In this document: positions 31,696 through 41,662 of the stretch, one piece after another | Layout: every line of letters starts with the position of its first letter | How positions within the stretch are numbered: the first letter of the stretch is position 1 | IMG/VR virus record: IMGVR_UViG_3300006810_000046 | Span: 831-64,830 of that record | Reading direction: 5' to 3' (one strand) | DNA from: a virus | Lineage: Duplodnaviria > Caudoviricetes | Length of the DNA stretch: 64,000 nt | The notes under the pieces: model-generated | Told to the model about the DNA's origin: nothing | The model's input: only the letters and a program-made list of their open reading frames with translations | Database searches by the model: none | Translations under genes and position numbers: made by a program

Positions 31696-32641
31696 GGTTC
31701 TAATAATAGATGCAATGAACCTATTTACAAGACACTATGTTGCACATCCTGCTATGAATGCCAATGGCGATCAGACAGGAGGTGTTATAGGCTTTCTCTA
31801 TGAGCTTTGCAGGCACATAGAGGAGGTCTCTCCTAGTAAAACCATTGTAGTGTGGGAGTCTGGTGGATCACAAAAAAGAAGAAATATCCTCAAAGAGTAC
31901 AAGCAAGGCAGAAGACCTGCAAAGCTAAATAGATACTACGACGAAATACCTGATACGATAGTAAATAGAAATTTTCAAATATCACTTTTAATAGAGACTA
32001 TTGAAAAAACCGGATGTGACCAGATTTATGTACCTGACTGCGAAGCAGACGATATCATAGCTTATCTTTCAAATTACTATTTCAAAGATACAAAAAAAGT
32101 GATAGTATCAGCTGATAAAGATTTTTATCAGTTACTGTCAAACAATACAGTTATATACTCTCCGACCTGGAAAAGGTATGTTAATAAAAATACTGTTCTT
32201 GACAAGTTTGGAATTCACCCAAACAACTTTTGTTTGGCAAAGGCAATTGTAGGAGACAAAAGTGATAACATTGAAGGTGTAAAAGGGGTGGGTTTTAAGT
32301 TTTTATCAAAATATTTTCCTGAGTTTAAAGAAGAAAAAGATCTTTATCTATCAGATGTAATCAAAGAATGCAATGAAAAAATCAATAATGACACAAAAAT
32401 TAAAAAATATGGCAAAATCATATTAAAAAAAGATATAATTAAACGAAATATAAAATTGATGATTTTAGACACTGGTTGCTTAACAAATGAGCAGATCAAA
32501 AAAGTAAAGTTTTCAATTGAACACAAAGAAAAAACAAAAGACAAACTAGGAACAATAAGACTGTTGTTAAAAAATGGAATTAATAATTTTAATGTCGACA
32601 GATTGTTTCTTGCAACAAGAATCATGGGAGATAACAAATGA
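31679..32641 (+). CDS. 5'-3' exonuclease/flap endonuclease (T4 RNase H or PolI N-domain type)
   Basis: LIIDAMNL, EYKQGR, EADDIIA, SADKDFYQL and GDKSDNIEGVKGVG (helix-hairpin-helix). Confidence 0.9.
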   Translation: MNSKNKVLIIDAMNLFTRHYVAHPAMNANGDQTGGVIGFLYELCRHIEEVSPSKTIVVWESGGSQKRRNILKEYKQGRRPAKLNRYYDEIPDTIVNRNFQISLLIETIEKTGCDQIYVPDCEADDIIAYLSNYYFKDTKKVIVSADKDFYQLLSNNTVIYSPTWKRYVNKNTVLDKFGIHPNNFCLAKAIVGDKSDNIEGVKGVGFKFLSKYFPEFKEEKDLYLSDVIKECNEKINNDTKIKKYGKIILKKDIIKRNIKLMILDTGCLTNEQIKKVKFSIEHKEKTKDKLGTIRLLLKNGINNFNVDRLFLATRIMGDNK

Positions 32642-34026
32642 ATCAAAGTGCTCACTTTAAAAAATACGGAAAATCATATCAAGAAAAAATCTTTCAAGCT
32701 TTTATAACTGATAAAAACTGGGCAGCACAAATGTGCGAAGTAATGACACCAGAATATTTCGAGTTAAAATATCTAAAGTTTTTAACAGAAAACTATTTTA
32801 ACTTTTATATCCAATACAAAAGCTTTCCTTCAATGCCAGCTTTGCTAAATATTGTAAAAGAAGAACTTAGAAACGACAAGGATTTAGTATTAAGAGATCA
32901 AATTGTAGACTTTCTTCATAGAATTAGAGCAAATCCGGACATCGGAGATTTAAAATATGTAAAAGAAAACTCTCTTGATTTTTGCAGAAAGCAAGCAATG
33001 AAAGAAGCCTTAGAAAAAGCAGTTGAACTTATAGCAACTGACAAAGTTGAAGCTGTTATTGGTGTCATGAAGCAAGCCTTAAGCGCAGGACTTCCTTCTA
33101 CCATTGGTCACGACTTCTTTGAAGACATGGAAAATAGATTTGTTCACATCAATAGAAACCCAGTTCCCACAGGTCTTCACTTTCTTGATAAAGACGGAAT
33201 TTTAAATGGAGGACTTGGAAGAGGTGAAATTGGTGTTATAACTGCACCAACGGGTGTAGGAAAAAGTCACTTTCTTGTTTCTTTAGGTGCAGAGGCAATT
33301 AAGAGAGGTAGAAATGTAGTTCATTATACATTTGAATTAACTGAAAATGTTGTAGGAATTAGATACGACAGTCACCTATGTAATATACCCAGCGACGAAA
33401 TTATTAAACGAAAGGACGAAGTTATAAAAGCATACAAGGACAATGATGAAGAATACGGAAGACTTATCATTAAAGAGTTCCCGACTGGAAGTGCTTCAGT
33501 TATTACGCTTAGAAATCACATTGAAAAACTTATGCTAAAATCTTTTGCACCTAATCTAATTATTATTGACTACGCTGATATCATGAGAAGCACCAGAAAG
33601 TTTGACTCATTACGTCATGAATTAAAGCTCATTTATGAAGAGCTTAGAAACATGTCAATGGAAATGAACATTCCAATCTGGACAGCCTCGCAGTCAAACA
33701 AAGAGGGTTCAACATCAAACGTTGTGGGCTTGGAAAACATGTCAGAGGCATACGGAAAAGCCATGGTTGCCGATGTTGTTGTTACGCTTTCTAGAAAACC
33801 AGAAGAAAAGGCAAAAGGTGTTGCTAGACTTTTTGTTGCAAAAAACCGTGCAGGTAAAGACGGTATTTTGTTCCCACTTCATATTGATACGTCTCAATCT
33901 AGGTTTTCCATTATGCCAGACTCGGAAATAACAACACTTGATGAGGCAATGGCAATGGGTAATGTTAGCTTAAAAGAAAAATTAAAAGAGAAATGGAAAG
34001 AAGTAAACGGAGATAATAATGACTAA
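32638..34026 (+). CDS. dnaB: Replicative DnaB/gp41-like helicase
   Basis: APTGVGKS Walker A, IIIDYAD, IWTASQSNK and AKNRAGKDG. Confidence 0.9.
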   Translation: MNQSAHFKKYGKSYQEKIFQAFITDKNWAAQMCEVMTPEYFELKYLKFLTENYFNFYIQYKSFPSMPALLNIVKEELRNDKDLVLRDQIVDFLHRIRANPDIGDLKYVKENSLDFCRKQAMKEALEKAVELIATDKVEAVIGVMKQALSAGLPSTIGHDFFEDMENRFVHINRNPVPTGLHFLDKDGILNGGLGRGEIGVITAPTGVGKSHFLVSLGAEAIKRGRNVVHYTFELTENVVGIRYDSHLCNIPSDEIIKRKDEVIKAYKDNDEEYGRLIIKEFPTGSASVITLRNHIEKLMLKSFAPNLIIIDYADIMRSTRKFDSLRHELKLIYEELRNMSMEMNIPIWTASQSNKEGSTSNVVGLENMSEAYGKAMVADVVVTLSRKPEEKAKGVARLFVAKNRAGKDGILFPLHIDTSQSRFSIMPDSEITTLDEAMAMGNVSLKEKLKEKWKEVNGDNND

Positions 34027-36511
34027 ATACACAAACAGCGAAGTATATAACGCATCGCTAAAATACTTTGGTGGCGATGAGCTAGCAGCAAGCGTATTTA
34101 CAAACAAATATGCCTTGCAAGACGAAGAAGGTGGTTATCTTGAATCAACACCAGACGATATGCATAGACGATTAGCGGGTCAGTTCGCAAGAATTGAAAG
34201 AAAATATCCTAATAACATGGTCTTGGAAGAGATCTATCAGTTATTTAAAGATTTTAAATACGTAGTCCCGCAAGGGTCACCAATGAGCGGAATAGGAAAT
34301 GAAGCAAAAATTCAATCTTTATCGAACTGCTTTGTCATTGAATCCCCTGCCGATTCTTACGGGGGCATTCTTAAGACAGATCAAGAGCAAGTGCAAATCA
34401 TGAAAAGACGCGGCGGTGTTGGTTTTGACGTATCAACAATTAGACCAAAAGGTATGTACACATCCAATGCTGCAAAAACAACTGACGGCATTGAAGTTTT
34501 CTTAGATCGATTTTCTAATTCATGTCGTGAAGTTGCTCAAGGTGGACGAAGAGGGGCACTAATGCTTTCAATCTCAGTTCACCATCCCCAAGTAATGGAG
34601 TTTATTAAAATTAAACGTGACTTGACGAGGGTAACAGGAGCAAACATCTCTGTTCGTGTAACGGATGAATTTATGAAGGCAGTTAAATCAGGAAGTGAAT
34701 ATATTCAACGCTGGCCTGTAGACTCAGAGTCGCCTGAAGTACATGATCATGTTGATGCTAGAGAAGTTTGGGATGCATTAATTGAAGGAGCACACGCTTC
34801 TGCTGAGCCGGGTGTTTTATTTTGGGACACAGCAACGCGTATGACTCCGTCTGACGCTTATACAGATTGCGGCTTTGGATCTGTTTCAACTAATCCGTGC
34901 GGTGAGATAATCTTGTCACCTTATGACTCATGTCGATTAATGCTGGTAAACCTTGCTTCTTTTGTAAAGAACCCATGGAAAAAAGACGCCGAGTTTGATT
35001 ATGGTCATTTTAGAGAAGTTACAAAGAAAGCTCAACGACTAATGGATGATATGATTGACCTCGAAATTGAGCAAATTGATAAAATTCTTGCCAAGATTGA
35101 GTCTGATCCTGAAAACGAATTTGTAAAAGAACCAGAAAGAAACTTGTGGCAAACAATTAAAAAAGTTGCTATTGAAGGAAGAAGAACTGGATTGGGTGTA
35201 ACTGGTCTCGGTGATGCGCTTGCAATGCTAGGAGAAACTTATGGTTCTAGCGAAAGCATTAAAACAACAGAAGAAATTTACAAGTGGCTATCACTAGCTT
35301 CCTATGAAGAGTCTATTCAGCTAGCAAAAGAAAGAGGAAGCTTTCCTATCTGGAATTTAGAAAAAGAATCGGGCCATCCTTTTCTTGATAGAGTAATATC
35401 AGAGCTTACACCTGAAGTTCAAGCTGACTATAAAAAATATGGTCGACGAAATATCGCCAATACAACAACTGCTCCTGCTGGATCAGTTTCTTGTTTGACT
35501 CAGACAACGAGTGGTATTGAACCTGCATTCATGCTATACTACAAACGACGCAAAAAAGTTCAAGCTGATGAAGAAGTGATGTTTGTGGACGATTTAGGCG
35601 ACGAATGGACAGAGTTCAATGTGTATCATCATGGGTTTAAGCAATGGTTAGATAGCGATCATGGAACAACCGCGTCTGAAGATAACTTAAATCACGCAGT
35701 TGCGTTTAGCCCGTATCATGGTGCTACTGCTAATGAGATCGACTGGCGTGCGAAAGTGAAACTGCAAGCTGCTGCACAAAAATGGATATGTCACGCAATA
35801 TCTAATACCACAAATCTTCCTGCTGACATCGATGTAGAAACTGTAAAAGATATCTATATGATGGGCTGGGAGCTTGGTTGCAAAGGTGTGACAGTGTATC
35901 GTGATGGTTCTCGTTCTGGAGTTCTTGTTTCAACAGATGAAAAGAATCCTGAAGAATCAGGAATTATAGAAAGAGATGCACCAAAAAGACCAGAAGAGTT
36001 AGATTGTGATATTTATCACACGTCAGTTAAAGGTCAAAAATGGGTTGTTCTTGTAGGTCTTCTCAATGGCAAACCATACGAGGTCATTGGAGGTTCTGCA
36101 GATCAGATAGAGATACCTTCTAAATTCCGCAATGGTAAACTATATAAACGAGTCTTTAAAACAAAGAACAGCAAATATGACCTTTCTATTGGTGAGGGTG
36201 ACAATAAGCTTGTTGTAAAAGACGTGGTATCTGTTTTTGACAATCCTAATCATGCAGGTTACACAAGAGTTATTTCTACTTCACTGCGACATGGTGTGCC
36301 CGTTCAGTATCTTGTAGAACAAATGCAAAAAGATAAAGAGATGGACATGTTCAGTTTCAGCAAGGTTATTTCAAGATGTTTAAAGTCTTATATCGAAGAT
36401 GGAACAACATCAACAGTAAAAATATGTCCTGATTGTAATGCAGAGGACTCAGTTGTATACCAAGAGGGCTGTGCAACATGTAAAAATTGTGGATCAAGTA
36501 AGTGTGGATAA
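34019..36511 (+). CDS. nrdJ: Ribonucleotide reductase, class II (adenosylcobalamin-dependent)
   Basis: SLSNCFV, RRGA.M, TNPCGEI, RRTGLG, TTAPAGS, SGIEP, KGVTVYRDGSR and a C-terminal Cys cluster. No small-subunit gene is adjacent. Confidence 0.85.
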   Translation: MTKYTNSEVYNASLKYFGGDELAASVFTNKYALQDEEGGYLESTPDDMHRRLAGQFARIERKYPNNMVLEEIYQLFKDFKYVVPQGSPMSGIGNEAKIQSLSNCFVIESPADSYGGILKTDQEQVQIMKRRGGVGFDVSTIRPKGMYTSNAAKTTDGIEVFLDRFSNSCREVAQGGRRGALMLSISVHHPQVMEFIKIKRDLTRVTGANISVRVTDEFMKAVKSGSEYIQRWPVDSESPEVHDHVDAREVWDALIEGAHASAEPGVLFWDTATRMTPSDAYTDCGFGSVSTNPCGEIILSPYDSCRLMLVNLASFVKNPWKKDAEFDYGHFREVTKKAQRLMDDMIDLEIEQIDKILAKIESDPENEFVKEPERNLWQTIKKVAIEGRRTGLGVTGLGDALAMLGETYGSSESIKTTEEIYKWLSLASYEESIQLAKERGSFPIWNLEKESGHPFLDRVISELTPEVQADYKKYGRRNIANTTTAPAGSVSCLTQTTSGIEPAFMLYYKRRKKVQADEEVMFVDDLGDEWTEFNVYHHGFKQWLDSDHGTTASEDNLNHAVAFSPYHGATANEIDWRAKVKLQAAAQKWICHAISNTTNLPADIDVETVKDIYMMGWELGCKGVTVYRDGSRSGVLVSTDEKNPEESGIIERDAPKRPEELDCDIYHTSVKGQKWVVLVGLLNGKPYEVIGGSADQIEIPSKFRNGKLYKRVFKTKNSKYDLSIGEGDNKLVVKDVVSVFDNPNHAGYTRVISTSLRHGVPVQYLVEQMQKDKEMDMFSFSKVISRCLKSYIEDGTTSTVKICPDCNAEDSVVYQEGCATCKNCGSSKCG

Positions 36512-36520
36512 GGAGAAAAA

Positions 36521-37123
36521 ATGATTTGGAAAACTAATATTGATAATAAAATTGAAAAAGTGGATTTGCGTAAAAATCCTGTAATTATAACTGTAAATAA
36601 ATTTGATGAAGAGTCAGCAAAAAAGTTTAGAGGAGACATGAATGCTGCAATAAACTCAGGTCAAGATGTAATTCCCATTATAATTGATAGCTACGGAGGT
36701 CAAGTCTATTCTTTAATGTCAATGGTCTCTATGATCAAGGCATGTCCTGTACCGGTTGCAACAATTATTCAAGGAAAAGCAATGAGTTGCGGAATTGCTC
36801 TTGCGACCTTTGGAGACGAAGGTATGAGATACATGGATCCAGACGCCACTGCGATGATTCATGAAGTATCGTCAGGATCGTGGGGTAAAAACGAAGAAAT
36901 TCAGGCAGACGCAAAAGAGACAGAAAGATTAAATGAAAAGCTTCTTACAATGATGTCTAGAAATTGTGGTCATGCTGATGATTACTTCTCTAAAATTATT
37001 CATGAAAAAGGTCATGCAGACTGGTTTTTAGATGCCAAAGAAACATTAAAACATCAGATTGTAAACCACTTGAAGATCCCAGTTTTAAATATCGATGTTA
37101 AGGTGTCTATTGGCCTAGAATAA
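36521..37123 (+). CDS. clpP: ClpP-family serine protease
   Basis: IDSYGGQV, GKAMSCG (catalytic Ser), MIHE (His) and D.FLDA.E. Confidence 0.85.
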   Translation: MIWKTNIDNKIEKVDLRKNPVIITVNKFDEESAKKFRGDMNAAINSGQDVIPIIIDSYGGQVYSLMSMVSMIKACPVPVATIIQGKAMSCGIALATFGDEGMRYMDPDATAMIHEVSSGSWGKNEEIQADAKETERLNEKLLTMMSRNCGHADDYFSKIIHEKGHADWFLDAKETLKHQIVNHLKIPVLNIDVKVSIGLE

Positions 37124-37145
37124 TATTCTACTTAACATTATTCAT

Positions 37146-37173
37146 AAAAGCTCGCAAATTGCGGGCTTTTTTT
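37146..37173 (+). terminator. Rho-independent terminator
   Basis: AAAAGCTCGC-AAATT-GCGGGCTTTT followed by a T-run. Confidence 0.8.
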
Positions 37174-37207
37174 ATATTTATAATTAACTAAAAAAAAGGA
37201 GACACAT

Positions 37208-37654
37208 ATGAGTGAAATGCACAAATTTGTAGGAAGTGTTAAAGCCATTGAAACCTGGTTCCATGCTGCTCATCACTTAACAAAAGGAATGTCTTTTATG
37301 GCAGATCATGATATTCTATATGATAAAATATACAACTTTTTTAACGAATACTTTGATCAAATAGTTGAAAAAATTATGGCAATAACAGGAGATGAAACAA
37401 TAGCATGCCCTGTAACAATATCACAAAGTGTTGGGCAAGTTTTATCCCAGATACCGACACCCGCCAACAAGGATTCACAAGAGATTGCAGAGATATCTTT
37501 TAATATTATTGTTAATCATTTAAAAGAAATTGAATATGCTTATGAAGAGTTTGAAAAATATGAAATAATGACAAAAGGGATGGATGATCTGCTAGCTTCA
37601 AACTACAATGAACTAGAAACATTTGTTTATTTCTTACAAAGAAAGCTAAAATAG
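37208..37654 (+). CDS. Dps/ferritin-like four-helix-bundle protein
   Basis: H..HH..KG..F..DH..LY..IY.......D.IVEK pattern resembling Dps ferroxidase ligands. Confidence 0.6.
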   Translation: MSEMHKFVGSVKAIETWFHAAHHLTKGMSFMADHDILYDKIYNFFNEYFDQIVEKIMAITGDETIACPVTISQSVGQVLSQIPTPANKDSQEIAEISFNIIVNHLKEIEYAYEEFEKYEIMTKGMDDLLASNYNELETFVYFLQRKLK

Positions 37655-37663
37655 GAGAAAACA

Positions 37664-38545
37664 ATGTCAAAAGCTATAGAGTACAATAAAAAAACTGCAG
37701 CTGAACTAGGGTGGGAACCAGAATGGTTTGGTGTATCAGGTTTTAATAGTGATCTAATAAATGCTATTAAAAAATTTCAAAAAGAAAATGGTCTAAATGA
37801 CGATGGTATGCTGGGCCCAGGTACATTTAGAAGAGTTGTAACCGATAGAGAATCAAAAATATCAGATTATCAACCTCCACACGGAAAAAACTCTGATCAC
37901 ATTGTTTGCAACGGAGAGTTCGTTAGTATTGAATGGCCAAAGGTAATTCTTTGGGACGAGGGTCTTAAGTGTGAAAAAGGTTGGAGACCGCATAGCGGAA
38001 AGCGTGATGTAAAGACATTTGTTAATCATTGGGATGTTTGTCTAAATTCAAAAACGTGTGCAAGAGTTTTAAATCAAAGAGGTCTCGCAGTTCATTTTAT
38101 GATCGACAATGACGGAACTATTTATCAAGGTTGTGATGCAAATCATATTGCCTATCATGCTGGAAGCAAAACGTGGAATGCATCGTCAATTGGTGTTGAA
38201 ATATCAAATGCTCATAGCTTAAAATACCAAGACTGGTATAAGAAAAACGGATTTGGAGAAAGACCTGTTATTGAAAATGCAACCGTGCATGGATCTAAGC
38301 AAAAACCTTTTACTGGTTTTTACGACGTTCAAATCCAAGCTTTAAAGGCACTTTGGAAAGCATGTGGTAATTACTATGGTATTCCATTTGAAACGCCTCT
38401 AGACACATCTGGAGCAATGCTAGAAACAGTTTCAAAGGAGTGTGAGCAGGATAAGTTTAGAGGGTTTATTAATCACTTTCATCTAACAAGAAGAAAGATT
38501 GACTGTGCTGGATTAGATATTAAAGAGTTATTAGAGGATATTTAA
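37664..38545 (+). CDS. Endolysin: peptidoglycan-binding domain plus N-acetylmuramoyl-L-alanine amidase
   Basis: AIKKFQKENGLNDDGMLGPGT (PG-binding). Amidase_2 motifs VHFMIDNDGTIYQ, AYHAG, N..SIGVEI and H......K.DC. Confidence 0.85.
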   Translation: MSKAIEYNKKTAAELGWEPEWFGVSGFNSDLINAIKKFQKENGLNDDGMLGPGTFRRVVTDRESKISDYQPPHGKNSDHIVCNGEFVSIEWPKVILWDEGLKCEKGWRPHSGKRDVKTFVNHWDVCLNSKTCARVLNQRGLAVHFMIDNDGTIYQGCDANHIAYHAGSKTWNASSIGVEISNAHSLKYQDWYKKNGFGERPVIENATVHGSKQKPFTGFYDVQIQALKALWKACGNYYGIPFETPLDTSGAMLETVSKECEQDKFRGFINHFHLTRRKIDCAGLDIKELLEDI

Positions 38546-38546
38546 A

Positions 38547-40961
38547 ATGCCAGAAATACTTAGTGAAAGTATTAAAAAGGCAATTAAAAAAGAGTATGTA
38601 AAAAGTAAAGTAAAATCTTTAATTGCTGAAAGTGTAATGCTTTTAATTGAAACAAAATTAAAAATAATCAGACAAAAGTTTCAAGAACTTCTTAACAACA
38701 ATAAAATAACAGAAGATGAATATCGAAGTGTTTTTAAGTTTGACAAAAGCGGTGTGTTTAGAGGCCTGAAAGGTCCTTTTAAGCACCCTGTCTTTACTGA
38801 AATGGTTTATAAGACATTCATTAACGAAGAAAATCATACTTTTTCTGAAATTATTGACTCATTTCCAATGTTTCAACAAAAAATTATTGATGTGCATAGT
38901 AAAAAGATGCTAAAAAATCCAAGAATTCCAGGCACATCAGACGGCTTTTTCCCTATTGTCGATCTAATTGAAAGTGAAGATTTAACATTTTCAAAATATC
39001 TTGAATATCTTGATTTAATAAATAGAACTGACGCAAGATCTGTTGTTTTACAAGAGGTTCTTGACAAAGGGTTTAGAGGGGACGTTAAGAACTTTGAAGT
39101 TATTTATGATAAAGATGATTGGATTGTAGTTTATCCAAAAACATACCTTGGCTCAATAGCCACAGCTAGAATGGGACCAGATAAAAACTACTATACACCA
39201 CCTGATACAATTGGAGAGATGAGTTGGTGCACATCTATAGATAGTCCTGGAAACATGTTTTTAAACTACCATAGAAAACTTAACATGCACATGTACTACT
39301 TTACCAAAAAAAGCGGGTTTAACAATCAAGATGCTAATAGAAAAGTCTGCATTAGTGTTAAAAAGGTTAACAATAATACAAGCTTGGCACTTGGCTCTGC
39401 ATCCGTCAATGGTAAAAACAAGCCATTTAAAACTGATGAGGATTGTCTTGCTGCCGTAGGAAAAGAAATGATTAATTTGGTGATCAATGATGCACGTAAA
39501 CCAAATAGGTTGGAAATATCCATAAGGGACTATTATGAATCAGTTTCAGCAAGGCAATATTCAGATCTAAGAAAAGCAGCGGGATCAGATGAAGTATATA
39601 TTGAGCATTTTTCACAAGAAATACCTAGCTTTTTAAAATATAATAAAAACCCAGAAATAAAGAAGTTAATACTTGAAGACAATAATAAACATATTGTCAT
39701 GTCTACATCTCTTACTATTCAAAACGGCTTTTTTAAACCTACGAGACAAGAGGCAAACGGTTTAATTGTAAAAACTCTTTTAAATGAAAGTCTAGAAGAT
39801 TTAAGAGTCAAGTCTGTAGTCATTCTAAGAATTTTGCAAAAATGCGGAGATCTAATTGAAAACAAGGTTATAAGTGCCATACTTGAAAGCAGTGTTAATA
39901 GACTGCACGTGTCATCATCAATATTTAAATATTGTAAAGAAATAGATAGCGAAATAATATCAAAACATCTTCTAGAAGCTTCCGCTAAAGATAGAGATCA
40001 CCTGATTAACAAGCTCTTAGATAATAACTTTGCTTCTAATGAACATATTTTGCAAGTTTTAAAAATAGTAACAGGATATTCTAGAGCAAGCCTTCTTAAA
40101 AGAAGAGGTGATCTTTCAAATGAAGTTTTAAAAATAATATGCTCTGAGCCTAGAAAACTTCCCTTTGGAGGATACTATGACCTTATTAATCACAAAGGTA
40201 TGACAAAAGAGCTCTTATACATTTTCTGGAAGTCTTGGTACTATCGTCTTGATGCATTTGCTGGGAGAGGTCAAAAAATACCTGTAAGTGAGCTAGATAG
40301 TGTTTCATCAAACAAATTTATTGGTGCTATTTTGACATCAAAAAATGTAACAAGCAATATTATCGATGAGGTTCTTAAAGATAAAATAATATCATCTGAC
40401 AGTGTTTACGAGTTTATTTCGCAAAACAAGTTTGTTGATCCCAAATATTTTAAAGAAGCACTTAGGTCAGTTTCTCACGTTGATAAAGCACAAAGAGTAA
40501 AAATGAACATTGCAGAAAATCCTTCTGCAAGTCAGGATCTATTACGCGATTTGTTAAATGAAATAAGCCTTTCATTTGAAAACTTTGATATTTTTCTTCG
40601 ACTTGCAAGAAACAGAAACTCACCAAAAGATGTTTTAAAAACGCTTTTAAAACTTGACAATCCAAGCATAAAATTTACCATTGCTTCTAACCCTAGCGCG
40701 CCGCAAGAGTTTTTGATCGAAATAATTAAAGGAGAAGGAACAATAGGATCTTCACGTCAAAATGTTCTCTACGCTCTTTCAAATCCGTCTTCACCTATTG
40801 AGTATTTACTTCATTACATAGGGAACGACGGTATTTACTATGAAAAAGCTGTTCAAAATATTTTAAAAAGAACAGGATTAACAGTTAAAGATAGACATGA
40901 TTCTTTTCACGAGTTATGTGACAAACTTGGTTACGACTATGAAAAAATACTGAATCTTTAA
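38547..40961 (+). CDS. Large protein with WCTS domain and C-terminal leucine-rich-variant/HEAT-like repeats (paralog A)
   Basis: WIVVYP..Y.GS, SWCTS and MFLNYHRKLNMHMYY. Repeats IAENPSA, LARNRNSP, IASNPSAP and ALSNPSSP. Confidence 0.75.
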   Translation: MPEILSESIKKAIKKEYVKSKVKSLIAESVMLLIETKLKIIRQKFQELLNNNKITEDEYRSVFKFDKSGVFRGLKGPFKHPVFTEMVYKTFINEENHTFSEIIDSFPMFQQKIIDVHSKKMLKNPRIPGTSDGFFPIVDLIESEDLTFSKYLEYLDLINRTDARSVVLQEVLDKGFRGDVKNFEVIYDKDDWIVVYPKTYLGSIATARMGPDKNYYTPPDTIGEMSWCTSIDSPGNMFLNYHRKLNMHMYYFTKKSGFNNQDANRKVCISVKKVNNNTSLALGSASVNGKNKPFKTDEDCLAAVGKEMINLVINDARKPNRLEISIRDYYESVSARQYSDLRKAAGSDEVYIEHFSQEIPSFLKYNKNPEIKKLILEDNNKHIVMSTSLTIQNGFFKPTRQEANGLIVKTLLNESLEDLRVKSVVILRILQKCGDLIENKVISAILESSVNRLHVSSSIFKYCKEIDSEIISKHLLEASAKDRDHLINKLLDNNFASNEHILQVLKIVTGYSRASLLKRRGDLSNEVLKIICSEPRKLPFGGYYDLINHKGMTKELLYIFWKSWYYRLDAFAGRGQKIPVSELDSVSSNKFIGAILTSKNVTSNIIDEVLKDKIISSDSVYEFISQNKFVDPKYFKEALRSVSHVDKAQRVKMNIAENPSASQDLLRDLLNEISLSFENFDIFLRLARNRNSPKDVLKTLLKLDNPSIKFTIASNPSAPQEFLIEIIKGEGTIGSSRQNVLYALSNPSSPIEYLLHYIGNDGIYYEKAVQNILKRTGLTVKDRHDSFHELCDKLGYDYEKILNL

Positions 40962-40985
40962 TATAATCATAAAAAGGGAGTTAAA

Positions 40986-41660
40986 ATGAAAATTAATTTA
41001 TATGATGACGGAATAGGATTTATAGAATACGACCAACACATGGGAGACGATGTAACGATTGTTAATGCAGCCAGAGTTTCTTTTGGTAAGAAAAAAGATA
41101 CCTTAGATGAAAGAGATCAAAAGCTGATTAAATATCTTATTAAACATAAACATACATCAACCCTTGAACACAACGTTGTTACATTTAGAATTAAAGTCCC
41201 ACTTTTTGTCGCAAGACAACACCATAGACATAGAACGTGGTCGTATAACGAAATAAGTCGAAGATACACAGATATTGACATTCAGTTCTTTTCTCCCAAA
41301 GAATTTAGAACCCAGCACAAGTCCAACAGACAAGCTTCAAATTCAGATGATTTAATAGATCCTCAGATGTCTCATTTTGGAGGAACTGCATCAAGAATAG
41401 TTGAAAACCATCATGCTGCGTCGCTGCAATTGTATCGAAACCTTGTAAGTGCTGGAGTTTGTCGAGAGCAAGCAAGAGGTGTTCTTCCTCAAAACATGTA
41501 TACTGAATACATGGCAACAGTTAACTTAAACAATTTAATTAAGTTTATTAATCTAAGAACTCATGAAGGAGCTCAAAAAGAAATAGTAGATCTTGCTCAT
41601 GGGATGATAGATATTTGTAAGAAATTTTGGCCAAACATATTTGAAATACTTGAAAGGTGA
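40986..41660 (+). CDS. thyX: FAD-dependent thymidylate synthase (canonical)
   Basis: AARVSF, H.S.LEH, RQHHRHRTWSYNEISRRY (RHRx7SxR), EQARGVLP and AQKEI. Confidence 0.93.
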   Translation: MKINLYDDGIGFIEYDQHMGDDVTIVNAARVSFGKKKDTLDERDQKLIKYLIKHKHTSTLEHNVVTFRIKVPLFVARQHHRHRTWSYNEISRRYTDIDIQFFSPKEFRTQHKSNRQASNSDDLIDPQMSHFGGTASRIVENHHAASLQLYRNLVSAGVCREQARGVLPQNMYTEYMATVNLNNLIKFINLRTHEGAQKEIVDLAHGMIDICKKFWPNIFEILER

Positions 41661-41662
41661 AT